A stretch of 47,027 nucleotides of DNA from Burkholderiales bacterium (GTDB taxonomy: Bacteria; Pseudomonadota; Gammaproteobacteria; Burkholderiales; Eutrophovitaceae). The translations under genes and the position numbers were made by a program. The stretch is from contig DATKEK010000065.1 of the NCBI GenBank assembly GCA_035512195.1, positions 1-47,027 of the forward strand, read 5' to 3'. The notes under the pieces are model-generated. The model was not told the DNA's origin, did no database searches, and worked only from the letters and a program-made list of their open reading frames with translations. The stretch's first letter is position 1. Each line of letters starts with the position of its first letter. Shown here piece after piece: positions 1-8,556 of this stretch.

Positions 1-259
1 GAAAATGCGCCCCGGACTCGGTCTCGCGCAGCGTGGTGCGGGAAGGGGCGCGGCTCGGCTGCGCATCCCGTGTCTGCCCGGGTCGCACGCGGCTGCTCCC
101 GCACCGGCGCTGCGCGTACCGAGTCGCAGCCGCCCGTCCCGGAGGGTCGCGGCCAGAACAGGCGGCTGCGGCGTTGCTCGGCTTGCCAATAGCCCGTGTA
201 TTGGCTGCGCCTCGCGCCTTGCCGCCGCCCGTTCTGGCCGCAACGCATCGCGCGAATGA

Positions 260-1564
260 TCATAAGATAGGTCCTGGTTGTGCTTCGGTTGCGTTCGCCC
301 GCGCGCGCTGCGCATAGCCCAGCCAGATGCCGAGCGCCATCCACGCCGCGGCGAGGGGAATCGCGACGGTGGCGAGCGCGGTCAGCCCCATGCCGAGCCG
401 CACCAGCAGCCCTTCAGTCTGCGCGCCGACGACGTCGCCCGTGCGATAAATGAAGGTGTCGATGAACGCCTTCGCCTTGTAGCGGTCGGTGCGCGGCACG
501 ACGGTATAGAGCGTCTCGCGCGACGGCCGCATGATGCCGCGCTGCACGGCGCGGAACGTTGCCTCGAATGCAATCAGCGCAACGAGCGAGCCGACGATCG
601 CCAGGCCTAGGAATCCCAGCATGGCGGTGATCGGCAGCAGCGCCAGCGTTACCGACACGCCGAGCCGCTTCATCAGGTGCCCGGTGACGATCGCCTGCAG
701 CACGAGGGTCGTCACCTGCGTGATGAGGTCGATGCGCGCGAACATGGTGGTGCGCATGTCGACGTCGGTGCCGAGTGCGGCCACCATCTGCAGGCGCGTG
801 AAATACAGGAAGGTGACGATCACCGCGAGGATCAGCACGTAACCGCAGATGCCGATCAGGTACGGCGAACGCACCACCGACTGCAGGCCTTCCCAGGCGC
901 TGCCGCCGATCACCGATTCGCCGGCCTGCTCCGCCGACAGGCCGCCGTCCGTACGGTCGGAGCGCAGCCGCGTGACCCAGCCCGCCGCGCCGAGCGCGAG
1001 CACGAGAAAGCCTGCGGCGACCAGCAGCAAGATGGGCGTGCCGAACGGTCGGGCGAGCTGGCTCGCGAGCCACGGCCCGAAGATCGCGCCCAGGGTGCCA
1101 CCCACGGCGATGGCGCCGAACAGGCGCTTGCTCTGCTCGAGCGTGAAGCGGTCAGCCATCAGCGCCCAGAACAGCATCGTGGCGAACAGGTTGAACACGC
1201 TGAACCAGACGTAGAAAACCTGGCCGGTGCGCTGGCCGATGGCTTCCGGCGTCAGAACCAGCAGCAGGTAGAACACCACCAGGCCGAAGGCGAAGAAGAG
1301 ATAGGTCGCGGCGAGGAAGACGAGACGGCGGAAGCGGCTCACCAGCCAGCCGACTATCGGGTTGACCAGCAGCGTAATCAGCACGGTGCCCATGAACAGC
1401 CAGCGCAGCGCCTCGATGCCGCGCTGCATGCCGAGCGCCTCGCGCGCCGGGCGGATCACCATCAGCGCGGTGAGCACGCAGAAGAAGAACAGTCCGGCGA
1501 CGATGGCCGGCCCGACTTCCTCGCGGCGGATGTTGGTGAAGCGCTGCAAAAAGGTATCCGTCAT
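260..1564 (-). CDS. MFS-type membrane transporter (TLC/Npt-like N-terminus)
   Basis: Long ORF 260..1660. I place the start at ATG 1564 (M33, MTDTFLQRF...). About 11-12 hydrophobic helices. The N-terminal RREEVGPAIVAGLFFF..IRPAREALG pattern recalls nucleotide-exchanger-like MFS proteins (from memory). Start choice is uncertain. Confidence 0.8.
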   Translation of the reverse strand: MTDTFLQRFTNIRREEVGPAIVAGLFFFCVLTALMVIRPAREALGMQRGIEALRWLFMGTVLITLLVNPIVGWLVSRFRRLVFLAATYLFFAFGLVVFYLLLVLTPEAIGQRTGQVFYVWFSVFNLFATMLFWALMADRFTLEQSKRLFGAIAVGGTLGAIFGPWLASQLARPFGTPILLLVAAGFLVLALGAAGWVTRLRSDRTDGGLSAEQAGESVIGGSAWEGLQSVVRSPYLIGICGYVLILAVIVTFLYFTRLQMVAALGTDVDMRTTMFARIDLITQVTTLVLQAIVTGHLMKRLGVSVTLALLPITAMLGFLGLAIVGSLVALIAFEATFRAVQRGIMRPSRETLYTVVPRTDRYKAKAFIDTFIYRTGDVVGAQTEGLLVRLGMGLTALATVAIPLAAAWMALGIWLGYAQRARANATEAQPGPIL

Positions 1565-1804
1565 GGCCCGTCCCCTGATTGGAGGGATGTATCCTAAGCG
1601 ATGGTGGGGTCCTTGCCCAAACGCGCCGGGACCCCACATGCGGATGCACTTACGCGCCACGGTGCCGGATACCCCCGCAGCTTACGTACTGTGGATTGCT
1701 ATGCGCGGCACAAGTTCAATCACGCAAAGGTGCCGGCTTATACTGCAATGCCGGCCTGCTGCCGGATTGCTCCAGGCGTTTACCAAATGACCCAATGACC
1801 AGGA

Positions 1805-2728
1805 ATGAAACTCGAATTCAAAGGCGTGTTCCCCGCGCCACCCACTCCGGTTTCTGACAACGGGCGGATCAATGAGAAGGCTTTGCTTGCGCTGTTGGAT
1901 GACAACATCGCGCACGGCTGTGGCGGGTTCTGGATGGCGGGGAGTACGGGCGAAGGGCCGGTCCTGACCGACGAGCAGCGCGATGCGGTGGCGCGGATTT
2001 CCGCCGACGCGTGCAAGGGGCGGGCGCTGGTGATCATGCAGGTGGGCGGCATGAGCACCGCGAGCGCGGTAAAGGCGGCGAAGGCTTCCCGCGAAGCGGG
2101 CTGCGCCGCGGTGTGCTGCCTGCCGCCGCTTTTTTTCCGCGCGAGCGAACGCGCCATCGTGGAGTACTACAAGGCGGTGGCGGATGCGGCGGGCGACCTG
2201 CCGTTCTTCGTTTACAACCTGCCGCAGCTCACGCAGGTGGAATTCTTTCCGCCAACGATGGAGAAACTCGCGCGCGAGATCCAGACGCTGAAGGGGCTCA
2301 AGCATTCGGCGCCGGATTTCTCGCAGATTCGCGTGTTCGCCAACATGGGGCTCACGGTATTTTCCGGCAACGGTGCGTTTCCACTGCCGGCGCTCACCAT
2401 GGGCGCGGTGGGCACGATCGACGCGCCGCTCACGCTGGCGCCATGGCATTACGCCGAGCTGTTCGATGCGTGGGAAGCGGGTGATCTGCAACGCGCGCAA
2501 CAACTGCAGGACGGCGTGCGCAGGTTCGTCGACCTGGTGTGGATGTTCAACGCGCCCGCCGATGTGTGCAAGGCCGTGCTCTCGGCCCGCCTCGGCATCG
2601 ATTGCGGCCGCTCGATCCCGCCGGTGAACCGCCTGACGGACGACGAGCGGCGCGAGGTGCTGCAGGTTGCTAAGGCGCTGAGGGTGACGGAATCGCGCCG
2701 GGTTCGATCGGAATCGGAGATCGGCTGA
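1805..2728 (+). CDS. Dihydrodipicolinate synthase/N-acetylneuraminate lyase family class I aldolase
   Basis: 307-aa ORF with the family motifs GFWMAGSTGEG, FFVYNLP and a Schiff-base lysine context LKGLKHS. Substrate cannot be assigned from sequence alone. Confidence 0.85.
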   Translation: MKLEFKGVFPAPPTPVSDNGRINEKALLALLDDNIAHGCGGFWMAGSTGEGPVLTDEQRDAVARISADACKGRALVIMQVGGMSTASAVKAAKASREAGCAAVCCLPPLFFRASERAIVEYYKAVADAAGDLPFFVYNLPQLTQVEFFPPTMEKLAREIQTLKGLKHSAPDFSQIRVFANMGLTVFSGNGAFPLPALTMGAVGTIDAPLTLAPWHYAELFDAWEAGDLQRAQQLQDGVRRFVDLVWMFNAPADVCKAVLSARLGIDCGRSIPPVNRLTDDERREVLQVAKALRVTESRRVRSESEIG

Positions 2729-2751
2729 GTTATCCGGGTGACGGAGGTTGT

Positions 2752-2970
2752 ATGGAATATGTGATTGTGAGCTTCCCGACCAACAGGTTCGTCTACATTG
2801 ATGGCGAGAAAGGCGGCATCACCAATGATGTGCTGCGCGTCGAAGCCGGCACGCATGATTTCGACCTCGGGAATCTGAGAAACTACAAGCCGGGCTCGCG
2901 CGAGGTCGCGGTGACGGGAACGACCGTCCTGAAGCCGTTGAAGATCGCGTTTACCCGGAAGGACGCGTGA
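2752..2970 (+). CDS. Small (72 aa) PEGA-like beta-sandwich protein, hypothetical
   Basis: GGAGG lies 5 nt upstream of the ATG. The stop overlaps the ATG of the downstream patatin gene (ATGA at 2967-2970). The pattern IVSFPTN.FVYIDGEKGG.T...L.VEAGTH resembles PEGA domains. No signal peptide is visible. Confidence 0.6.
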   Translation: MEYVIVSFPTNRFVYIDGEKGGITNDVLRVEAGTHDFDLGNLRNYKPGSREVAVTGTTVLKPLKIAFTRKDA

Positions 2971-4430
2971 CGATGAAAGGCCGCGTGGTTGCTGGCGTCT
3001 TGCTCGTCTGCTGTGCGCTGCTGCTCCCGGCGTGCGGTTCGTTCCAGGTCAATCCGCCGCTTGCGCGGTATGCCGCTGCCGAGGGCTACGGTTTCGAACC
3101 GGTTCCGGACGAGCCGGACCCGCGCGATGAGATGTTCGTCATCCTGGCGTTCTCCGGCGGCGGGACGCGCGCCGCGGCCCTGTCGTTCGGCGTGCTGGAG
3201 GCACTTCGCGATACGCCGCTCCACTGGCAGGGGCAGCAAGTATCACTACTCGACGAAGTGGACGTGATTTCTTCCATCTCGGGCGGCAGTTTCCCGGCCG
3301 CGTTCTATGCGCTGCATGGAGCGGAAACCTTCGAGGCCTTTCCCGACAAGTTCCTGTACCGGCGCGTGCAGTCAGATCTCATCCGAAAAGCGCTGAATCC
3401 GTTGAACTGGCCCAGGCTCGCCGGGCGGAGCTATGGACGCAGCGACCTGGCCGCGGAGTACTACGACGAGAACGTGTTCGGTGGCGCGACGTATGCGCAA
3501 CTGATCGCCGCGAACCGCCGGCCGTTGGTCATCCTGAACGCCACCGATCTGACCACGGGCGCGCACTTCCCCTTCCTGCAGGACCAGTTCGACCTGCTGT
3601 GCTCCGACCTCGCGGGCGTGACACTCGGGCGGGCGGCGGCGGCCTCCTCGGCGTTTCCCGGCGGGCTGACACCGCTCACACTGAAAAACTATGCGGGCAG
3701 CTGCGGCTATCGCCAGCCGAGGTGGGTGGAGAATGCGCTGAAGGACCGCGGCTCACGCATCAACGCACGGCGCACAGCGCGCGCGGACCAGCGGATCGCC
3801 TATGCCGAGACGGTGACCGATGGCGTCGGCCAGAAGGCGCGCCCGGCGCGGCCGTACATCCACCTGACGGACGGTGGGGTGGCGGACAACCTTGGACTGC
3901 GTGAACCGCTGATCGCCATCGCGAACCGGAACAATTCCTGGAGCGTGCTGCAGCGGATCGAACTCAAGCGGGTAAACAAGCTCGTGGTCGTGGTGGTGAA
4001 CGCCGCCACCAACCCCGAGACCGGGCGTGACCAGAAGGCCGGGGTGCCCAGGCTGTTCGATACGATCTCCACGGTGGCGTCGATCCCGCTCGAGAACTAT
4101 TCGTTCGAGACGCTTGAGCTGCTGCGCAGCACGGTGAACGCGTTCAACGAAGAAATGCGGCTGATCTCCGGGTGCAAGGCGCTCGCGGCGGAGAAAGGCC
4201 CGCAGTGCGAACTCGACATCCCCGCGCCGCACCAGATCGACTTCTTTGCGATCGAAGTCGCCTTCGAATACATCCGCGACGACGACGAGCGCAACTGGTT
4301 CAAGAACCTTCCGACCAGCTTCGAACTTCCGCGGGAAGCGATCGATCGCCTGCGCGCCGTCGGCCGCACGATCCTCCACGAAGACAAGGAGTACCAGAGA
4401 TTAGTGAACGGGTTGCAAGGCGGGTCGTAA
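2967..4430 (+). CDS. Patatin-like phospholipase, predicted lipoprotein
   Basis: 487 aa. N-terminal signal with lipobox-like LLPAC-G. Oxyanion motif FSGGGTRAAA, nucleophile elbow SISGGS, and catalytic Asp motif LTDGGVADNLG. Confidence 0.88.
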   Translation: MTMKGRVVAGVLLVCCALLLPACGSFQVNPPLARYAAAEGYGFEPVPDEPDPRDEMFVILAFSGGGTRAAALSFGVLEALRDTPLHWQGQQVSLLDEVDVISSISGGSFPAAFYALHGAETFEAFPDKFLYRRVQSDLIRKALNPLNWPRLAGRSYGRSDLAAEYYDENVFGGATYAQLIAANRRPLVILNATDLTTGAHFPFLQDQFDLLCSDLAGVTLGRAAAASSAFPGGLTPLTLKNYAGSCGYRQPRWVENALKDRGSRINARRTARADQRIAYAETVTDGVGQKARPARPYIHLTDGGVADNLGLREPLIAIANRNNSWSVLQRIELKRVNKLVVVVVNAATNPETGRDQKAGVPRLFDTISTVASIPLENYSFETLELLRSTVNAFNEEMRLISGCKALAAEKGPQCELDIPAPHQIDFFAIEVAFEYIRDDDERNWFKNLPTSFELPREAIDRLRAVGRTILHEDKEYQRLVNGLQGGS

Positions 4431-4564
4431 GCACCGACCGGTCGAGATACGCAGGCCGATGGTCATGCATGGATCGTAATCGCCTGCGGAGAAACGGAGA
4501 GAGCGGCACGCACATGAAGTTTCCATGCCGATGGGTATAGGGCAGATACCCGGCGGCCGCTGCG

Positions 4565-4590
4565 CTCCCTCGCAATGACCTGCGAGGGAG
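4565..4590. terminator. Perfect 10-bp stem/6-nt loop hairpin between convergent genes (possible bidirectional terminator)
   Basis: CTCCCTCGCA (4565-4574), loop ATGACC, TGCGAGGGAG (4581-4590). It sits between the patatin gene (+) and the small hydrophilic gene (-). No clear U-tract on either strand. Confidence 0.4.
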
Positions 4591-4599
4591 AGCGTGCGA

Positions 4600-4866
4600 T
4601 CAGTTATGCGACTTTTCTTTCGGACCTTTGCCGCCCTGTGAGCCGCCGCTGCCGTACTTGATGGCGGGATCTTCGTCCTTGGCGTGGGATTTGGATTTTT
4701 CGGCGACCTTGCCCAGCTTCTTCTCTTCTTCCTTGCTCAGGTTGCCGGCCTCCGCGATCTTGCGCATGCCCTTTTCGGACTGGACGAAGCGCGATGCATC
4801 TTCGCGGTACTTGCGATCGGCCTCTGCGTTGCCCTCGCCCTGATTCTTCTGCCTGACTTGTTTCAT
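4600..4866 (-). CDS. Small (88 aa) lysine/glutamate-rich hydrophilic protein, hypothetical
   Basis: ATG preceded by GAAGGAA about 7 nt upstream (reverse complement of 4868-4880). Low-complexity K/E/G-rich sequence ending GSGGSQGGKGPKEKSHN. No hydrophobic segment. Confidence 0.6.
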   Translation of the reverse strand: MKQVRQKNQGEGNAEADRKYREDASRFVQSEKGMRKIAEAGNLSKEEEKKLGKVAEKSKSHAKDEDPAIKYGSGGSQGGKGPKEKSHN

Positions 4867-5010
4867 CGGTATTTCCTTCGCGCCGCGCGGAAATCGCGGA
4901 CCCGAGATCAGGCGAGCGCGGCATGCCTCGCCTTCGGGCCACTGGATTGCCGGTGTATGTCATCGGCGCGGAAACAACCGATGAGACCATCCGGAGCTGA
5001 CTGCGTTGGA

Positions 5011-5817
5011 TTATTGCGGGCTTGTGCCGACAGGGGAATGAGCCGCTTGGCGCAGACCGCCATAGGCTTGCCACGATCCTGCGACCAGCCAGCCGCAGTC
5101 GACCGGAAGATTCACGCCGGTGATCGCCGCTGCGTCGCTGCTCGCGAGGAAGGCGACGGCGCGCGCTATATCTTCCGGTTCGACCAGACGCCCCAGCGCG
5201 GAGGTGCTTTCGAGCGCGGATACGTCGCGCTCGCCTTTTTCGATCGCATCCTGCAGCGCGGGTGTGCGGGTGTAGCCGGGCGACACCGCGTTCACGCGCA
5301 CCTGCGCACGTCCCCATTCCGCGGCGAGACATTCTGTCATGGCAATCACCGCGGCCTTTGCGGGTGCGTAGGCGTGCAGCGGCATCGAGCGCATGCCTGC
5401 GACGGACGCGATGTTGACGATGCTCCCGCGCCGGCGCTTCGCCATGCGCGTGCCGAACACGACGGCACACAGGTAGGTGCCGCGTTGGTCTACGCGCACC
5501 ACTTCATCCCAGACGGCCATGGATATTTTCTCCGGCGGCAGAGGCACCTGGATCACGCCCGCGCTGTTGACCAGGATCTCGACCGGGCCGAATTCGGATT
5601 CGACCGCTTCCGCGCAGCGCATCATCGCCGCTTCGTCGCCCACATCCACGATCCAGGCTCGGCCGCCGACTTCGCGCGCGATTTCGTGCACGCGTTCGTC
5701 GCGATCCAGCAGGGCCACTTTCGCACCGCGCGCCGCCAGCTCCCGGCAGCAGGCCGCGCCGATGCCGCTCGCGCCGCCAGTGACCACCGCCACACCCGAT
5801 AACGTTGCGCCAGACAT
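5011..5817 (-). CDS. SDR family oxidoreductase
   Basis: TGGASGIGAA Rossmann motif near the N-terminus and a classical SDR body (NSAG, Y..xK region). Start set at ATG 5817 because AAGGAG lies 5 nt upstream. The track ORF starts 15 nt earlier at a GTG. Confidence 0.9.
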   Translation of the reverse strand: MSGATLSGVAVVTGGASGIGAACCRELAARGAKVALLDRDERVHEIAREVGGRAWIVDVGDEAAMMRCAEAVESEFGPVEILVNSAGVIQVPLPPEKISMAVWDEVVRVDQRGTYLCAVVFGTRMAKRRRGSIVNIASVAGMRSMPLHAYAPAKAAVIAMTECLAAEWGRAQVRVNAVSPGYTRTPALQDAIEKGERDVSALESTSALGRLVEPEDIARAVAFLASSDAAAITGVNLPVDCGWLVAGSWQAYGGLRQAAHSPVGTSPQ

Positions 5818-5863
5818 CCATTCTCCTTTCACTATTGCGCCGATCCTCTCGCGAGGGGCGTGA

Positions 5864-6490
5864 TTAATTCCCCATCCACACGATCATCGAGGCGATCAAC
5901 ACGATCGCGGCGCTTACCGTGAGCAGCGAACCTGCGGTGCGGGGGTGGGCTTCGAACCACCGGTCGAGCGAGAGATGCATGGTGTCGGCGCCTTTGCCGA
6001 GCTGCCGTGGCGAGTACCAGCGGTTGACGCAGGATTCCAGTGCGTGCAATGCGCCGGGCGACACGACGAGCATTGCGCCGGTAACGATGGCGAGAACGCC
6101 GCCTGTGATCAGCAGCCACTTCAGGCTTTCGACCGCCCACTCGACGACGATGCGCCGCGACCCGTCGGCGAGCCCTGCGGCCACGGCCGCGGTTTCGACC
6201 TGGAACAACAGCATGAACACTGTAAAGGCGCCGCCGATGGCGAAGGCGACGCCGAACCAGCGCCTGCGCCGGTACACCGCGGCGCCGATGTCGTGCGGTT
6301 TCTCCATCGGCCTCAGGCCGCCGCGTAGCGAGACCCAGCGGTTCATCCTGGCAAGAGCACGCACGGTACTGGCGCCGCTCACAATCAAACTCACCCCGAG
6401 GACAATTCCGGCGAACCCCGCTACGATGAAAATCCACAGGACAAAAGGCAGCAGAATCTGATCGACCAGAACGTCACCGCTACTCAGCAT
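5864..6490 (-). CDS. Hypothetical 4-TM membrane protein
   Basis: Start set at ATG 6490 (MLSSGDVL...), preceded by AGGAG about 7 nt upstream. Four clear hydrophobic helices. I recognise no family. Confidence 0.6.
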   Translation of the reverse strand: MLSSGDVLVDQILLPFVLWIFIVAGFAGIVLGVSLIVSGASTVRALARMNRWVSLRGGLRPMEKPHDIGAAVYRRRRWFGVAFAIGGAFTVFMLLFQVETAAVAAGLADGSRRIVVEWAVESLKWLLITGGVLAIVTGAMLVVSPGALHALESCVNRWYSPRQLGKGADTMHLSLDRWFEAHPRTAGSLLTVSAAIVLIASMIVWMGN

Positions 6491-6725
6491 AGTCCATCTC
6501 CTGTTGCGCCAAGGGATCACTCTGTTCCAGTGTATCCCGCGGCGCATCACGGGGTGGACCGGTGCAATTCTCTGCACCTCCGGCAACAGGTCGAAGAATC
6601 TGGTTAACGTCGATCCGGACTGCGATCTCATAGCCAACTCGACTGCACGACGGGGAGGAACGCGATACTTGTGAGCAGCGTACGGTGTCGGTATTCGTGT
6701 CGATGCCTTGCCGTCGTTAAACGAC

Positions 6726-8078
6726 CTATGCGTGCAGCGACCAATCCACGTCGCCGCAGATTACCGCCGAATCCCGATTGAGCTGGATGGCGACCGAGAA
6801 CGTGACACAGCGCGTGTATCCGAAGGCGGAGCAGTATGGCCGGCTGACCTGCACGATCCCGGGTTCCCGGCGTGCACGCAGGAAGAAGTCACGTCGAGAC
6901 CAATCGGCTGCGAGAGTTGAAACAAGCTCGTTGAGGTCGACCCCCTGGCGTGCCGGTGGATGCGCCGACATGACGTCGATACCGATCTGCCAGCCTTCGC
7001 CGTCCAGCATGTAGAAGCGGATCGCGCCGGGAAGCGCAAGGAAGCCAGCGCAGGCGGATTCGAAGTCGGTACCCGATTGCAGTTGCGCCGTGACCCTCTG
7101 TAACGCGACGAGGAACGGACGGCGCTTTCCCCGGTAGCGGCTGATCTCGGCCGGCGAGGCGGCGCCGAGCTTGCCTTTCACCGACGAACGCAGAAGTTCA
7201 TTTTCGAGTGAGGCCCGTTCCGTGGCCTCCTCGCGCGTTTTGTCTGCGTGCCTGCCTTTGTATATGGCCCAGAGCCGTTCCATTGCACCGTTCGCTTCGA
7301 AATGGCGCGGGTCTTCGCAATGTCTGCCGAAATAGTAGCCGCTGGCCAAGTCAGCGTCGGCGTCTATCGCCGCCAGCGCTTCCCCCTCCGATTCGACGCC
7401 CTCCATCTCGATCAGTTTGCCCGCCTCGTGAAGCATGGAAAGCGCGCGCCGCAGCATCTGCTGTGCCCGGTGATCCCTGGCCGCGTCTGCGACGACCGCG
7501 CGCGCCATCCTCACCGCAGTCGGTTCGATCTCCGAGATCGTGTCGAGATTGGAGTTGTCGACCCCGAAATTGTTAACAGCGATCAGGCATCCCGCTCGCC
7601 GGTAGGCTTCGCTCGCCGCTGCCGCTTTCGCCTCGTGCAGGATCGAAGCGGGCACGTCGATCACGAGTCTGTGCTCCGGCACTGAGTAGTGGCGACACAG
7701 TGAGGCGAGAAATTCGGCCGTGGGTTCTGAGTCCAGCAGCACTTCCGGGTGCAGCTTGATGAACAGCAGGCTACGGCAAGGTTGCCCGGAGAAGAAGTTG
7801 TGGAGGTGGATCGTGGCGCAGAGCAGGTCCAGCAGGTAGGTTTCGGAATAATTCTCGACCGGTCCGAACAGCGACCCTGCCGATACGGGCTTGCCGCCGG
7901 GATCGGAGCCCCGCAGACTGGCATCGAAGCCAATGACGCGTTTGTGAGGAAGGCTGTATATCGGCTGGTAGACCGAGCGCAGCTCGAGTTCCTTGAACCA
8001 CCCCGAAACTCTGCCCGACTTCTCGGTGAGCATGCTCTGGATGAATTCCAGACTGTATCGGTTTGCAGGAGCGTTCAT
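6726..8078 (-). CDS. Degenerate EAL-domain protein with C-terminal PAS/Cache-like domain (YkuI-like architecture)
   Basis: YQPIYSL..VIGFDASLRG replaces the EAL motif. NNFG replaces DDFG, and LVIDVPAS replaces the E.TE metal site. EMEGVES and GYYFGRH are retained. The C-terminal 130 aa (RRDFFLRARREPGIVQVSRPYCSAFGY..VTFSVAI) looks like a PDC/PAS-like sensor fold. Start at ATG 8078 has GGGAGGA 5 nt upstream. Confidence 0.8.
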   Translation of the reverse strand: MNAPANRYSLEFIQSMLTEKSGRVSGWFKELELRSVYQPIYSLPHKRVIGFDASLRGSDPGGKPVSAGSLFGPVENYSETYLLDLLCATIHLHNFFSGQPCRSLLFIKLHPEVLLDSEPTAEFLASLCRHYSVPEHRLVIDVPASILHEAKAAAASEAYRRAGCLIAVNNFGVDNSNLDTISEIEPTAVRMARAVVADAARDHRAQQMLRRALSMLHEAGKLIEMEGVESEGEALAAIDADADLASGYYFGRHCEDPRHFEANGAMERLWAIYKGRHADKTREEATERASLENELLRSSVKGKLGAASPAEISRYRGKRRPFLVALQRVTAQLQSGTDFESACAGFLALPGAIRFYMLDGEGWQIGIDVMSAHPPARQGVDLNELVSTLAADWSRRDFFLRARREPGIVQVSRPYCSAFGYTRCVTFSVAIQLNRDSAVICGDVDWSLHA

Positions 8079-8556
8079 CAAATCCTCCCTGATTGGATCG
8101 ATTCCCTCTGCTGTTGCCAGGACCCGGTTCGACCCGTACCCGGCGGCTATTATGGGCCAATGCACGGAAGTTGCGGCAATCACGTACGTTCTCGGGAATG
8201 CGCTGTCATTTGCGTATGGCGGAACGGAGTGCAAATTTCCTGTCGCTCACCCCGGCGAGCGCGGCGCGACCAACGAGTAGCGCAAGTGCTGACGGTGAAC
8301 GCCCGAATTGTTTGCAGCAAACTTGGCGCAGGTATTCCGATGGTGCGCCTTCTCGCCGGCGTACAGAATTCACACGTGCGGCTTGCCATGGGCGGATGTC
8401 CATTCTTTTCGGATATTCAGTGAGCTTCAACAGGAAACCAGAGAGATCTCGATGAATTGTCTGTCCGTCCTTCTCGGATTTGAAAAGGCTTCGGAAAACA
8501 GACATGATGCCGGCATTCTTCAGCGGGACGATGCCCATGCCTGAGCGGCCACGCGG

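Noticed and set aside
1-259. ORFs 5..259 and 33..317, and open minus-strand frames at the left edge
   Set aside because: The translations are R/A/P-rich and not protein-like. I could not tell whether a real gene fragment is present, so this stretch is left unannotated.
8118-8140. tRNA-like GGTTCGA T-loop string
   Set aside because: The flanking bases do not form a T-stem or an acceptor stem, and there is no D-loop or anticodon arm context.
8079-8300. Possible c-di-GMP riboswitch (GEMM) in the leader of the EAL gene
   Set aside because: Read on the minus strand, the leader lacks the paired hairpins with GNRA tetraloop and receptor and the conserved ACGCAAAGC/GGCAAACC elements. Only a fortuitous ACGCAAA is present.
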